Shown here: positions 31,701-41,078 of the stretch, piece after piece
Numbering within the stretch: the first letter of the stretch is position 1
How the letters are laid out: each line of letters begins with the position of its first letter
Source: a virus
Strand: one strand, 5' to 3'
DNA length: 64,000 bases
IMG/VR virus record: IMGVR_UViG_3300008448_000012
Coordinates: 32,001-96,000 of that record
Made by a program: the position numbers and the translations under genes
The notes under the pieces: generated by a model
Database searches by the model: none
Told to the model about the DNA's origin: nothing
The model's input: the letters and a program-made list of their open reading frames with translations, nothing else

Positions 31701-34499
31701 AGGGATGATATACGTGATGTAACTGATACAGCAAATGAATTGGAAACAGAGTTGGATGAAGTGCGTGATGATTTTGCTGAAAACATTATAGCCAAGGGTG
31801 AAAATGTTCTTGAATTCTTGAGACCAGAAAAAATCATCAAAGGATTTAGCAAATGGTTTGGATCCACATCTACATTGCAACTTAAGAGTACAGAGGTGTT
31901 GTATAAGATGGCTAACAGAGCATTTGGTTTTGCTGCTCAGGATACAGTTACACAAGGTAACATTCTGCTGGGAATAAAAGAGAAGTATGACAAGTGGGCT
32001 GCTGGAAAAGGATTAAACAATAAAAACTACTTTGATATCCTTAAGAAGAAGGATAAGAATGAACTTATTGATGAATTTGATCCTGAGTTCTACAAAGAGT
32101 TGAAAAGTAAAATACATGATAAGGATCGTCAGTGGGTTAAAGATAATGTTGATGTAGATGCCTATCGTAAGTTCCTGGAAGAACAAAAACAAAAGGATTA
32201 CGAAACTATAGAAAAGAAAACAAGATTTGGTAATGATAGGGATATAGCAAATGAAATCACCTTTGAAAAAGGAAAGGTAGATCAGTTGCTTGACATATCA
32301 ACTCCTGATTCTCCTGGATGGCTTTTGTATGATTATGCTAAGAAGTTTCCAAAAAGAGAGAAGTGGGAATCCAAAGAATGGAAAATTCTTAATAGTAAAG
32401 GAAATGAACCTGCTCTTGAATTCTACAACTATATCAAGAAAAGAAATGAAGAATTTGAAAAGATAGGGTATATAAATGGTAGGCAAGCAAGAACCTTCCT
32501 TCCTTTTGTAAGAAAAAGTTTGATGGAAAAGATTGTGATGGGTGGCAAACTTGCTGTAGGAGAAGGTTTGTTGAGAGCTATCACTGTGAGTGAAGGGGAT
32601 GTTGGATATGGACAGATTGATCCTATTACAAAACAACCAGTATATAACATTCCAAAGTATTTCACTAGAGATACAAAAGAAGAAGTGAGTGGTGATCTGT
32701 TTAGAAACATGACACTTCTTAATGAGATGGCTATTCGTTATGAATATCTTAATGAGATTGAAGATCAACTTAACTTGATAATAGCAACAGAATCCAACAA
32801 AGATGCAATTAAAACTTCCTATTTTGGTAAAACTGTTTACAGACCTGATGGTGAAATAGAAACAACCTCTGACAACACTGAGAATACAAAGCTTGTCAGA
32901 GATATGATGGAAGCTATTGTATATGGACATAAGTTTATCGAGAGTGAAAACTTTGACCAGCTTCTTGGAGGACTTGGTAATCTTGGTAAAAGGGTTAATG
33001 AGAAGTTAGGAATTAATATATTTCCAGAAAAATATACAAATAGTCAGATATCTTTGAATAAGTCTATATCTTGGTTGAATAATACATTTCAATTAAAAGC
33101 ATTAGGACTTAACCCAATATCTGCACTTTCCAACTTCCTTGGAGGCTCCTTCCAGAGTTACATTAATGCTGGAACATATTTTACAAAGAGTGAGTTTGCA
33201 AAAAATGAATTCCTGATAGCAGGAAGAATGAAAGGTGCAGATGCTAAGAAGTATCTAGGAGCATTAGAATACTTCTTACCATTGACAGAAAACTACAATC
33301 AAATTCTTGCTAAGAAGCTGTCTCTCAGTAAGTTAAGTCAAGAAGGTGTACAAGATTTCCTTATGAGTTTGATGAGAAACTCTGATCAGTATGTACAAAC
33401 TGTAAACTTCTTCAGCTTCTTGGATAATACGATTGTTGAGGATGGTAAACTTGTTAATGCAAGAGAGTTTCTCAGAGCTACAGATGAGTATTCAAACATA
33501 TATAATGTATCTGGTGCTGAAAGAAAAGCACTTGATGCAAAGTTTGAAGAAGATGTAAAGAAGCTTGTTGAAGAAAAAGGAGTGATGAAACTCGCAGAGG
33601 TTAAAGGAGATGAGTTGATTATTCCTGGAATTGAAAGAAAATCTGATACTGTTATAAATCTTCGTAGGAAGGTGCAGGCAGTAACAAAAGATGCTTTGGG
33701 TAATCTGTCTGAAGATGATTTGAGAACAATCAATCTTAACATATATGGAAAATCTTTCATGGTGTTCAAGAACTGGATTCCTCGTTTGGTTGATGTTCGT
33801 CTTGGTAATCTGAAATACAACTCAGCTACAGAAGCTTATGAGTGGGGTAGAACTAGGATGATGTGGAGAGTGTTATCTGAAGAAGGAGTGCTTAAATCAA
33901 TTTCCAATCTGACCAGTGCTGTTATGGGAAATGATGAAAGGTGGGTGGAACAAATGAAAACCCTCTATGAAAAAAAGAAGACTGATTATAAGAAAGATAC
34001 AGGAAAAGAATTAAAAATGACTGAAGCTGAGTTTCTAGATCTTGTTAACAAGAACATTAGAAACCAGGCAACAGACTTATTGTTCTATTTGTCTCTTACA
34101 GGATTGTTCCTTCTTGCAAAAGCCCTTCCTCCAGATGATGAGGATAAAGCTACCCAAAACAGATATAAATATATGGTGAGGGTTCTTGATAAGGTAAAAG
34201 ATGAGATTGGATTCTTTTATGATCCAACATCTATGATTGGCTTAACAGCATCTGGACTATTCCCAGCTGTAGGATATTTGGACAACTTCAAAAAACTATT
34301 CTTGAATTTCAGTAATGAAATGTATGGTATGGCTATAGGAGATGAAGAAAGAGTTGAGAAAAACCAGGTGCTTAAATACGGACTCAAAGGATTTCCTGTT
34401 ACATCCCAGTTTGATGCTATTTTCTTAATGTTTTTCCCTGATTTGGCAAAAGAGCTTGGTATGAAAGCCCAATCTCAAGCTAGACCTTTTGGTAAATAA
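28749..34499 (+). CDS. Large virion cargo protein: ART-like N-domain, degenerate zincin, PD-(D/E)xK nuclease domain
   Basis: YHGT..SISLT..EEI; TEEAMH; GTAGH..E..AGTIDF..LDWK..QMKNY. Confidence 0.7.
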   Translation: MACINPNSAEFKAALEKVGGNPLLAEINLSKQQELSVKIENEMGESYWKNLYTGNRLSNREDFVSVAIPGIPNKFKPDYYNVYHGTNVYNISDDGSLVLTPSKNFDDKTTSISLTQIPVVAQDYMLRKDGNVIIKIKNGALGDNYDVESAEEIAINGNKPLVVPKGQYEIITVPTLKEKMRQKYSAEVDDVAEEMMSEASSDIELLDSIYSNRIEAANYSELQEFERGSENDTTPDWYVPDEYIASRAAEKVFNKIKNKIDKSFIVNGLSEKILDTIRKIGNKVDVNEMYLSNISTYGSRNSPHGGDLFDFLVREINATKSEKESIIKEIKDIVDNNQQAAIDFYNSPEQVQKRKEEARLYEENLKKFKELSNDKDLDFLPFQLIGTETSKASPKTIRLVKDLLKRIGVNYQSVSSIRVNGLEIGANGVADITQKLVQIVQGKEDVALTEEAMHFVVELLEQKDPALFNKLLGEINGYNMYKSVVAEYGSLKEYQTADGKPDIRKLKKEAIAKVLTEVVIKKNEGYTEKPELLAKSESWWDRIVNAIRGIFSKSGFDQAAMQVLSGEFEGTVDELRGDGGVYLQESKSVQQKIIDNLKDIQSRIKKPTTDGGKYTIDGKEIKNRVSDLSKTWYENRFADKDLVKSEFAQAVDDLKKEKGTAGHADFEQMMKNHFLDADGKFIKNEADRPSDANYVSQINPYDREMYDTLKANMEQRLASFPDGTVFLAETTIYDPKRDLAGTIDFIAVEPSGKTHILDWKFMDINIDKTEDVPWYKVGAWKTQMKNYKLILKNAYGVQFDGTEQTTMIPIRAEYSKGDSKKKIKPQLLKIYIGNVNVKDEERAYLLPVGLEEQKTGDKRIDKLIEQLNNIYETISSRKATPDQKGVKAEQLNELYKAIRQLQVRQNFKPLVHQAKVLNKEIRSIIKDYNENWKSKDLSTISRAEKNDFANKILTYEKSLTVYTTLYKNLRGLFGDTLTEEDKKLRDDIRDVTDTANELETELDEVRDDFAENIIAKGENVLEFLRPEKIIKGFSKWFGSTSTLQLKSTEVLYKMANRAFGFAAQDTVTQGNILLGIKEKYDKWAAGKGLNNKNYFDILKKKDKNELIDEFDPEFYKELKSKIHDKDRQWVKDNVDVDAYRKFLEEQKQKDYETIEKKTRFGNDRDIANEITFEKGKVDQLLDISTPDSPGWLLYDYAKKFPKREKWESKEWKILNSKGNEPALEFYNYIKKRNEEFEKIGYINGRQARTFLPFVRKSLMEKIVMGGKLAVGEGLLRAITVSEGDVGYGQIDPITKQPVYNIPKYFTRDTKEEVSGDLFRNMTLLNEMAIRYEYLNEIEDQLNLIIATESNKDAIKTSYFGKTVYRPDGEIETTSDNTENTKLVRDMMEAIVYGHKFIESENFDQLLGGLGNLGKRVNEKLGINIFPEKYTNSQISLNKSISWLNNTFQLKALGLNPISALSNFLGGSFQSYINAGTYFTKSEFAKNEFLIAGRMKGADAKKYLGALEYFLPLTENYNQILAKKLSLSKLSQEGVQDFLMSLMRNSDQYVQTVNFFSFLDNTIVEDGKLVNAREFLRATDEYSNIYNVSGAERKALDAKFEEDVKKLVEEKGVMKLAEVKGDELIIPGIERKSDTVINLRRKVQAVTKDALGNLSEDDLRTINLNIYGKSFMVFKNWIPRLVDVRLGNLKYNSATEAYEWGRTRMMWRVLSEEGVLKSISNLTSAVMGNDERWVEQMKTLYEKKKTDYKKDTGKELKMTEAEFLDLVNKNIRNQATDLLFYLSLTGLFLLAKALPPDDEDKATQNRYKYMVRVLDKVKDEIGFFYDPTSMIGLTASGLFPAVGYLDNFKKLFLNFSNEMYGMAIGDEERVEKNQVLKYGLKGFPVTSQFDAIFLMFFPDLAKELGMKAQSQARPFGK

Positions 34500-34545
34500 T
34501 CAAATGTCATATAGCTATATTATGCCAAATAACTTTCTGTAGGTC

Positions 34546-34588
34546 ATTGTATATGGGGGAGATTGAGTTACTTTTGCTCAATCCCCCA
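34546..34588 (+). promoter_or_regulatory. Putative sigmaA promoter with the -7 box in an inverted-repeat loop
   Basis: ATTG-N19-TACTTTTG; arms GATTGAG/CTCAATC flank the -7 box. Confidence 0.5.
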
Positions 34589-34620
34589 AACTATATTTCA
34601 ATCATTTATATATAATTGCA

Positions 34621-37600
34621 ATGAACATAACTTGTTCTGCTAAAGCCTGTCCTGTACTATTAAGTGCTGCCTGCGTGTTCTACGAAGGAGTTAATCTCCC
34701 ATATACGGGAATTAACATGAATGATAATTTACAGGTGGCTCTTGAGAAGATTGATACAAAGTTCAACAGCTTAATTGATGTTAATATATATGTATCTAAT
34801 GGTACAGTAACCAGCAATAGAACTGTCACTCTCAATGGTAAGACACTCAGTTTTGTTGGTTCTTCCTACACAACAATATTTCAGCCTGCAGGAACATTGC
34901 AGCTTGGATCATTGGCTGGTGCTGGAAACAGAATGGTGATTGCTGATACAAATGGTTTGCTAAGCACACAGGCAATTCCCCTTGGAACTGTTACATCTGT
35001 AGACATGTCTGTTCCTACAGGATTTGCAATAAGTGGTAATCCTGTTACAACATCAGGAACTCTTGCTCTTGCATTTGCTTCAGGATATTCTTTGCCTACA
35101 AACTCAAGTCAATCAAATTGGGATACAGCATATAACTGGGTGAGCAATTTCCCAGCACTTGTAGCTGGACAATATCTGACAAATAATGGCACCAGTCTTT
35201 CATGGTCAGCAATAGATCTCTCTGGATATGTTCCATATATAGGAGCTACACAAGATGTTGACCTTGGAACACACAAACTCACTGCTGATGCAATTGCATT
35301 TAGCCTTACACCAACAAACTCTCCAGGTGCAGGACAGATTGCATATTATGGTGGAACAGGCGCACTTGCCTATTTGATGGACAATACAACTGTGATGTGC
35401 CAAATAGGACAGCAGTTGTATGCTTATGTAACAAATGATGACACTGTAACAATCCAAAAAGGACAACCTGTATATCTGTATTCAGCAACAGGAAACAGAG
35501 CTTCTGTAAAGCTTGCTGCAAATACAGGTGATGCTACATCAGCCAAAACACTTGGACTTGCTGCTCAAGATATTACATCTGGACAGAAAGGCTTCATCAT
35601 GTGTCAGGGTGTTCTTGACGGTTTGAATACTGGGATGTATAATTCTGGTGACACTCTCTATCTTGGACCAACAGCTGGTTCCTTGACAGCCACAAAACCA
35701 TATGCTCCAAACCACCTTGTTTACATAGGTGTTGTAGAAAGAGCAAACAATGGTAATGGACAAATATATGTACGTCCTCAGAACGGATATGAGCTTGATG
35801 AGATACATGACGTAGACCTCATCAGCACTCCTCCTGTTAATAACGACATTCTTACATACATTACAGGAACAAACAATCTATGGAAACCAAGGAGTATTGC
35901 AACCATTCTTGGCTACACTCCTGCAAATGCAGCAACAACTCTTACAATCAATGGTACAACCTATGACATTTCTGCAAACAGAACTTGGAGTGTAGGAACT
36001 GTAACATCTATTGCCACATCTGGTCCTATAACAGGAGGAACAATTACCACCTCAGGTACAATTGGTATTACACAAGCCACAACATCAACAGATGGTTATT
36101 TGTCTTCCACAGATTGGAATACATTCAACAATAAATACAATCTCCCTGCTCTTACATCAGGTAGTGTTCTGTTTAGCAATGGTACAACAATAGCTCAGAA
36201 TAATGCCAACTTCTTTTGGGATAATGTAAATGGGAGATTAGGATTGGGAACTTCAAGCCCAAGTGCTGCTGGAGCGAGATTGACTATATCATATAGTGAT
36301 AATAGTTATAATCAAGGTTTTGTTATACAAAATACAAACACAGGGACTACTGCAATTACGGGTATGCTTCTACAAGCACAAAGCACTTTAGTAGCAGCTT
36401 TTGCTTATTATCCAAGCAATTACAATATAGCAGGACTACAAAATACTGCGGTATTTTCATCAGTAACATCTCAAAAATTAGGATTTCAGGCTAATGCAGC
36501 AGGTAACAATGGAGTGCCTCAAGATATTTGGTTCAGTACTTATGGTACAAATACTACTTACCAAATGCAAATAAAAGCAAATGGTAATGTACAAATAAAT
36601 ACTAATACCGATGCAGGATATAGATTAGATGTCAACGGTACAACAAGACTTCAGGGTAATACAACAATTAGTACAGGAAACCTTACCGTTACATCAAACG
36701 GCACCAATACTTTTGGTTATTACACATTAGTAGGTACAAGTAATAATCTCACTTTAAACGGTGGTCATCTTGGAACTACGTTTAAGAGCAGGGATCCAAA
36801 TATGGATAGCCAGTACAATAGTGCTCTTTTTTCTATTGGTGCTACTAACTTTAATGGAACATCAGGTATTCCTCAAATCCTTAATGTTAATGCAACTGTA
36901 AACAGTACAGGAACAGCAGGATATACAGGTTTACAAGTATCTATTACAGATACAGGGACTGGTACTGGTGCTAAAAATCTAATGAAGCTTTCTCTTGGTG
37001 GTGTTGATAGATTTTCTGTATCTAATACAGGTGTACTCACTTCAACAGCAGCTGTGACAGCATCTGCAGCATTGGCAAGAGGTGTTATCTTTAATCCAAC
37101 ATTAACAGCTGCTGCTAACAATGATGTATTGGTTGGGCTTGACATAGCTCCTACATTTACTAACGGTGCTTTCACTGGTGTTAGTAACTGGGCATTGAGA
37201 ATTCAAGGAGGTAATATATCACTAGGAACATCTACATCAAACCCCACTATAAATCTTGCAGCTTCTAATAACGCAAGTGCCACACAATTTGTAATTAACA
37301 ACTCTGCTTATGGTGGAACCTTAGTGACATTTAGAAACCCTGCTGACAGTAGATATTTTAGAATAAGTGGAATAAACTTTGACTTATATACAAGTGGAAA
37401 TATTTATCCTACTAATGTTATAGCTGGATCGATTTCATTTGGTAGTAGCTATGGTACAATTATTTATGGATTTAACAACTCATACTTAAACCTAGGTGGA
37501 GATACTGTTGTTCTTGCATCTAGGGATAACACAGCAGCAAGTATCTCACTACTTGCAGGTAATGGAGACATCAACTTTCAACAGAGACCATCAGGTGTTA

Positions 37601-38229
37601 CAACACTTAGAGCTAAATTTGCAATTTCTACAGGTAACTTCATGATTCAAAATGGAGGTACATTTACAGATAGTGGTGAGAGATTGCAAGTTATTGGAGA
37701 TGCTAAGTTCACAGGAACAATGTATCAAAACAGTGCAAGTGATGCTTTGTACAATTTCCAGAATGGTGGAGCAAACAAATGGAGGATTGGTAATGCATTT
37801 GTTGCAGGAGCAAACTATTTCCAGTTGTATGACAGTGTAAGCAGTCTTGAGAGAATCAGATGGAACAATAATAGTACAGCTACATTTACAAGTGATTTCA
37901 CATTTGTGGGTGGTTCAAATGCTGTAGCTACATTCCAAGCAGCTCAGCCTGATGTAAAGATACAAGCTACAGGAGGATCAAATGCTGTATCCCTATCCTT
38001 CGCTCCTTCTGACGGATTTGAAGGTGTTGTTCAGAATAATGTAACAAATGGTTTCATACAAGTGAAGACAGCCTCTACAATTAGGGTGACATTTAAAAAT
38101 GGAGGACAAGTGAACTTCCAACCTCTTGCTGCTGATCCAGCTGGTGCAGGTGCAGGAGATGTATATTATAATTCAGGAACAAATAAGCTTCGTCTTTATG
38201 ACGGAACTTCTTGGGTAGACTTAAATTAA
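34621..38229 (+). CDS. Long tail fibre / receptor-binding protein
   Basis: Cys-rich N-terminus, Gly/Thr/Asn-rich repeats (GYLSSTDWNTFNNK, RLGLGTSSP, RLDVNGT), C-terminal YYNSGTNKLRLYDGTSW. Confidence 0.85.
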   Translation: MNITCSAKACPVLLSAACVFYEGVNLPYTGINMNDNLQVALEKIDTKFNSLIDVNIYVSNGTVTSNRTVTLNGKTLSFVGSSYTTIFQPAGTLQLGSLAGAGNRMVIADTNGLLSTQAIPLGTVTSVDMSVPTGFAISGNPVTTSGTLALAFASGYSLPTNSSQSNWDTAYNWVSNFPALVAGQYLTNNGTSLSWSAIDLSGYVPYIGATQDVDLGTHKLTADAIAFSLTPTNSPGAGQIAYYGGTGALAYLMDNTTVMCQIGQQLYAYVTNDDTVTIQKGQPVYLYSATGNRASVKLAANTGDATSAKTLGLAAQDITSGQKGFIMCQGVLDGLNTGMYNSGDTLYLGPTAGSLTATKPYAPNHLVYIGVVERANNGNGQIYVRPQNGYELDEIHDVDLISTPPVNNDILTYITGTNNLWKPRSIATILGYTPANAATTLTINGTTYDISANRTWSVGTVTSIATSGPITGGTITTSGTIGITQATTSTDGYLSSTDWNTFNNKYNLPALTSGSVLFSNGTTIAQNNANFFWDNVNGRLGLGTSSPSAAGARLTISYSDNSYNQGFVIQNTNTGTTAITGMLLQAQSTLVAAFAYYPSNYNIAGLQNTAVFSSVTSQKLGFQANAAGNNGVPQDIWFSTYGTNTTYQMQIKANGNVQINTNTDAGYRLDVNGTTRLQGNTTISTGNLTVTSNGTNTFGYYTLVGTSNNLTLNGGHLGTTFKSRDPNMDSQYNSALFSIGATNFNGTSGIPQILNVNATVNSTGTAGYTGLQVSITDTGTGTGAKNLMKLSLGGVDRFSVSNTGVLTSTAAVTASAALARGVIFNPTLTAAANNDVLVGLDIAPTFTNGAFTGVSNWALRIQGGNISLGTSTSNPTINLAASNNASATQFVINNSAYGGTLVTFRNPADSRYFRISGINFDLYTSGNIYPTNVIAGSISFGSSYGTIIYGFNNSYLNLGGDTVVLASRDNTAASISLLAGNGDINFQQRPSGVTTLRAKFAISTGNFMIQNGGTFTDSGERLQVIGDAKFTGTMYQNSASDALYNFQNGGANKWRIGNAFVAGANYFQLYDSVSSLERIRWNNNSTATFTSDFTFVGGSNAVATFQAAQPDVKIQATGGSNAVSLSFAPSDGFEGVVQNNVTNGFIQVKTASTIRVTFKNGGQVNFQPLAADPAGAGAGDVYYNSGTNKLRLYDGTSWVDLN

Positions 38230-38260
38230 TTCTTATTTTTGATAACTAAAACAATAAACA

Positions 38261-38512
38261 ATGGCACAAATTCAACCGATCGTGTACCCTCTCATTGGTA
38301 CAGCAACCACCCTCGAGGTGACAGTTCTTTCATTTGCTACATCTGCAACTACAGCAGGAACCTACAATCGTCTTTTGACAGATGATGGTAAAGAGTGTGT
38401 TCCAGCATGGAACTATTACATGACCGAAGAGCAGTTTGCTGCTTGGGGACAAGACAATTCTGTTGTAGATGATTATGTAGCAGCAGACAAAGGGTTGGTG
38501 ATTATCCCATAA
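38261..38512 (+). CDS. Tail-fibre-associated small protein (putative chaperone)
   Basis: 83 aa directly after the fibre; EEQFAAWGQDN motif. Confidence 0.55.
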   Translation: MAQIQPIVYPLIGTATTLEVTVLSFATSATTAGTYNRLLTDDGKECVPAWNYYMTEEQFAAWGQDNSVVDDYVAADKGLVIIP

Positions 38513-38518
38513 AATAAA

Positions 38519-38550
38519 TTTGGATAATTAATTTAATTACCTTAGTTTTG
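38519..38550 (+). promoter_or_regulatory. Bacteroidota sigmaA-type promoter
   Basis: TTTG-N20-TAGTTTTG, preceded by AAAATAAA. Confidence 0.75.
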
Positions 38551-38569
38551 CCAAAAATAATCAACTCTT

Positions 38570-38950
38570 ATGACGTATAAAGATTTGAACCTCCTGGTTA
38601 GGAATATCCAAGCTAGTGTGGGAAATCAAGAAACCAAAGTTCAAAAGAAACTCTTCAAGATTTTTGAAAAAGTTAAGAAGCATTTGGAAGATTACAACGA
38701 GCAAGTTAATGAGCTTAGGCTTGATAACGCTTCTGTAGATGAGAAAGGAATTATTCTCATGGACGATAAGGGTGCTTATAAGTACACCAAGGAAGCTGCA
38801 AAACTTCTAACTAAACAAATTACTGATCTTGACAACAAGGAGTTTCCTTTTGAAAAGATTAATGTTGTAAATCCTCAGGGTCTCGAAGACTTCATATTCC
38901 TCCAAGATTGGGTGGTAGGAGTGGAGTTCGAGGCTGATGAAGAACTCTAA
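38570..38950 (+). CDS. Hypothetical protein (helical, post-fibre)
   Basis: 126-aa ORF behind its own promoter. Confidence 0.6.
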   Translation: MTYKDLNLLVRNIQASVGNQETKVQKKLFKIFEKVKKHLEDYNEQVNELRLDNASVDEKGIILMDDKGAYKYTKEAAKLLTKQITDLDNKEFPFEKINVVNPQGLEDFIFLQDWVVGVEFEADEEL

Positions 38951-38971
38951 CTAATTAATTATCAACTAAAT

Positions 38972-39019
38972 ATATTCTCCCTTTTCCTGTTAAAAGCAGG
39001 AACTGGGAGAATATTTTTT
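38972..39019 (+). terminator. Long hairpin with T-tail upstream of the lysis genes
   Basis: ATATTCTCCC..TTCCTG-loop-CAGGAA..GGGAGAATAT followed by TTTTT. Confidence 0.55.
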
Positions 39020-39035
39020 AAAGGAAGACAATGTA

Positions 39036-39341
39036 ATGGAACAGGAATTTAAATCTGAGCTAACGCAAATGGAACACAGACTCACAGAGATGGAGGAGAA
39101 AATTGACGTTATTGACAAAAAGCTCAACCAAGTGGTTGAAGCTATTCTTGGCAATTCACTAACTAAAAGTGGTGGGTTCATCCATGACATTGATGTTCTT
39201 AAAGAGAAAATGTTTCTCTTAGAGAAGAAGATTGAAAAGCAGGAAGAGTTCAGGAAGAGGATATCATGGACAATTGGCATTATTGCAGCTGCTGCCATGG
39301 TTATACAATATCTTGTTAACCTTTATACTAGTGTAAAATGA
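39036..39341 (+). CDS. Coiled-coil protein with C-terminal TM helix (holin/antiholin-like)
   Basis: Coiled coil then ISWTIGIIAAAAMVIQYLV. Confidence 0.55.
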   Translation: MEQEFKSELTQMEHRLTEMEEKIDVIDKKLNQVVEAILGNSLTKSGGFIHDIDVLKEKMFLLEKKIEKQEEFRKRISWTIGIIAAAAMVIQYLVNLYTSVK

Positions 39342-39595
39342 AAGACTGGATCATTGAATTATTCAAAGATGAACGTGGTGTAGCTTCAATTAAACCTGTA
39401 GCTGCTGCCATATGTACAGTTTTTCTTTGTGTAACAATGACAATCACTAGCTTTGCAAAGGATATGAAACCAGCAGACACCCTTGTGGATGCTGTAATGT
39501 TTATTGCTCTTGTAGGTATGGGCAGTGATACATTTGATAAGTTCAGTACAAGAAACCTACCAAAAAAAGAAGAAACCAAACAACCTGATATATGA
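39338..39595 (+). CDS. Putative holin
   Basis: 85 aa, two hydrophobic segments, charged C-tail, upstream of endolysin. Confidence 0.6.
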   Translation: MKDWIIELFKDERGVASIKPVAAAICTVFLCVTMTITSFAKDMKPADTLVDAVMFIALVGMGSDTFDKFSTRNLPKKEETKQPDI

Positions 39596-40200
39596 AATAT
39601 GTAAGTGCTGTCCTGTTCCTAATCATTCTTGGATTTGTTTTTTATCGTCATCAGAATGGTGGAATATTTGGACCAGAAAAACCAATCGTTGATACTATTG
39701 TTAAAATAGACACTCAGTATCAAGAAGTTACAGTGGTAGAGGTTAGAAAAGTACCAGTGGTACGTGTTATTCATGATAGTATTCCCTATCCAGAATACAT
39801 CCCTGATACATCCTATCCAAAACTAAAACTACAATATGAAGACCTTGTTTCAAAATATACTGATAAGATTGTGTATGGTGATAGCTTTCCTATTGGTACT
39901 TACGGTAGGTTGGTTGTGCGTGACACTGTTCAATTTAATAAACTTGGCAATAGGAGTTATGATGCAAAGTTTGATATTCCTACAGTTACCAATACAGTTA
40001 CAATAGTTGAACCTGCTCCAAAGAAGAATGAATTCTATGTTGGTGGAGGTGTGGCAGGTAACAGAAGTGCTGTATCAGCCATCCAAGTTGGAACAATTAT
40101 GAAGACTAAAAGTGATAAAATCCTAGGCACTTACGTTAGTGGAGCACCTGGAACCAAGCTTTCCTACGGTGTTCAATACTACGTAAAAATAGGAAAATGA
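39592..40200 (+). CDS. Putative spanin-like membrane protein
   Basis: N-terminal TM, DTIVKIDT/VIHDSI repeats, C-terminal beta strands with YVGGG; lysis context. Confidence 0.5.
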   Translation: MKYVSAVLFLIILGFVFYRHQNGGIFGPEKPIVDTIVKIDTQYQEVTVVEVRKVPVVRVIHDSIPYPEYIPDTSYPKLKLQYEDLVSKYTDKIVYGDSFPIGTYGRLVVRDTVQFNKLGNRSYDAKFDIPTVTNTVTIVEPAPKKNEFYVGGGVAGNRSAVSAIQVGTIMKTKSDKILGTYVSGAPGTKLSYGVQYYVKIGK

Positions 40201-40355
40201 AAATTATAAAGTACTTTATCTACGCAGCATGTATTTATGTAATATCTGTTGTAGCTCTTGAAGGAATCATCATTGTTGCTGATTCTTTTGGATTTGAAAA
40301 TGTCAAGGGTTTAGCATTTAAGATTCTCAAAACCATAACATTTAATACTATTTAG
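40197..40355 (+). CDS. Small membrane peptide, 52 aa (not in ORF track)
   Basis: MKIIKYFIYAACIYVISVVALEGIIIVADSFGFENVKGLAFKILKTITFNTI; ATGA overlap with upstream gene. Confidence 0.6.
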   Translation: MKIIKYFIYAACIYVISVVALEGIIIVADSFGFENVKGLAFKILKTITFNTI

Positions 40356-40357
40356 AT

Positions 40358-40864
40358 ATGAAAGATCAACCAACTTTGTCAAGAATCAAAACTGCCCATC
40401 CTAAACTTGTTGAAGAGTTAACTGAGATATACAATGAGATATCAACTGTGTTAACAGGTAGGGCTATTTGTAGATTTCCTTTTGTAACAAGAACAATTGC
40501 TGAGCAAGATGCTCTGTATGCACAAGGAAGAACTAAACCAGGAAAGATTGTTACAAATGCAAAAGGTGGACAATCATACCATAACTATGGACTAGCAGTG
40601 GACATTGTTCTTCTGTGGGATAAAGATGGTAATGGTACATTTGAGACAGCTGTTTGGGATACAAAGACAGATTTTGATGGAGACAAGAAGTCAGACTGGA
40701 TTGAAGTGGTAAATGTATTTAAGAGGCATGGTTGGGAATGGGGAGGAGACTGGCGTTTTGTTGATCCACCACACTTCCAAAAGACATTTGGAAAATCTAT
40801 ATCAGACCTTCTTAAATTATATAATGCCAAGAAGGTTGATAAAAATGGATATGTATTAATATAA
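40358..40864 (+). CDS. Endolysin, peptidase M15 (L-Ala-D-Glu peptidase-like)
   Basis: RTIAEQDALYAQGR, SYHNYGLAVD, WGGDW..DPPHFQ. Confidence 0.9.
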   Translation: MKDQPTLSRIKTAHPKLVEELTEIYNEISTVLTGRAICRFPFVTRTIAEQDALYAQGRTKPGKIVTNAKGGQSYHNYGLAVDIVLLWDKDGNGTFETAVWDTKTDFDGDKKSDWIEVVNVFKRHGWEWGGDWRFVDPPHFQKTFGKSISDLLKLYNAKKVDKNGYVLI

Positions 40865-40874
40865 AATTGTAGAA

Positions 40875-41006
40875 ATGGCAAAAGCTAAAGGCGGTGGTTC
40901 TGAGAAAACCAAAATCACATTCGGAAAACGTAAGAAAGGTAAAGCTCAGAAAAGCTACAACAAACATGATAGGTCAGAAAAGAACTATCGTGGACAAGGT
41001 AAATAA
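40875..41006 (+). CDS. Basic 43-aa peptide ending YRGQGK (not in ORF track)
   Basis: MAKAKGGGSEKTKITFGKRKKGKAQKSYNKHDRSEKNYRGQGK. Confidence 0.7.
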   Translation: MAKAKGGGSEKTKITFGKRKKGKAQKSYNKHDRSEKNYRGQGK

Positions 41007-41078
41007 CTGATTTAGTTAGACAATATTTTTAAATTGACATTGCAGATCTATCTGGATGTCATACCTTTATGATGTTTT

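Noticed and set aside
34500-34620. tRNA or other known ncRNA in the larger intergenic gaps
   Set aside because: No cloverleaf or T-loop (GTTCRA) pattern recognised; a tRNAscan/Infernal run would be needed to exclude it fully
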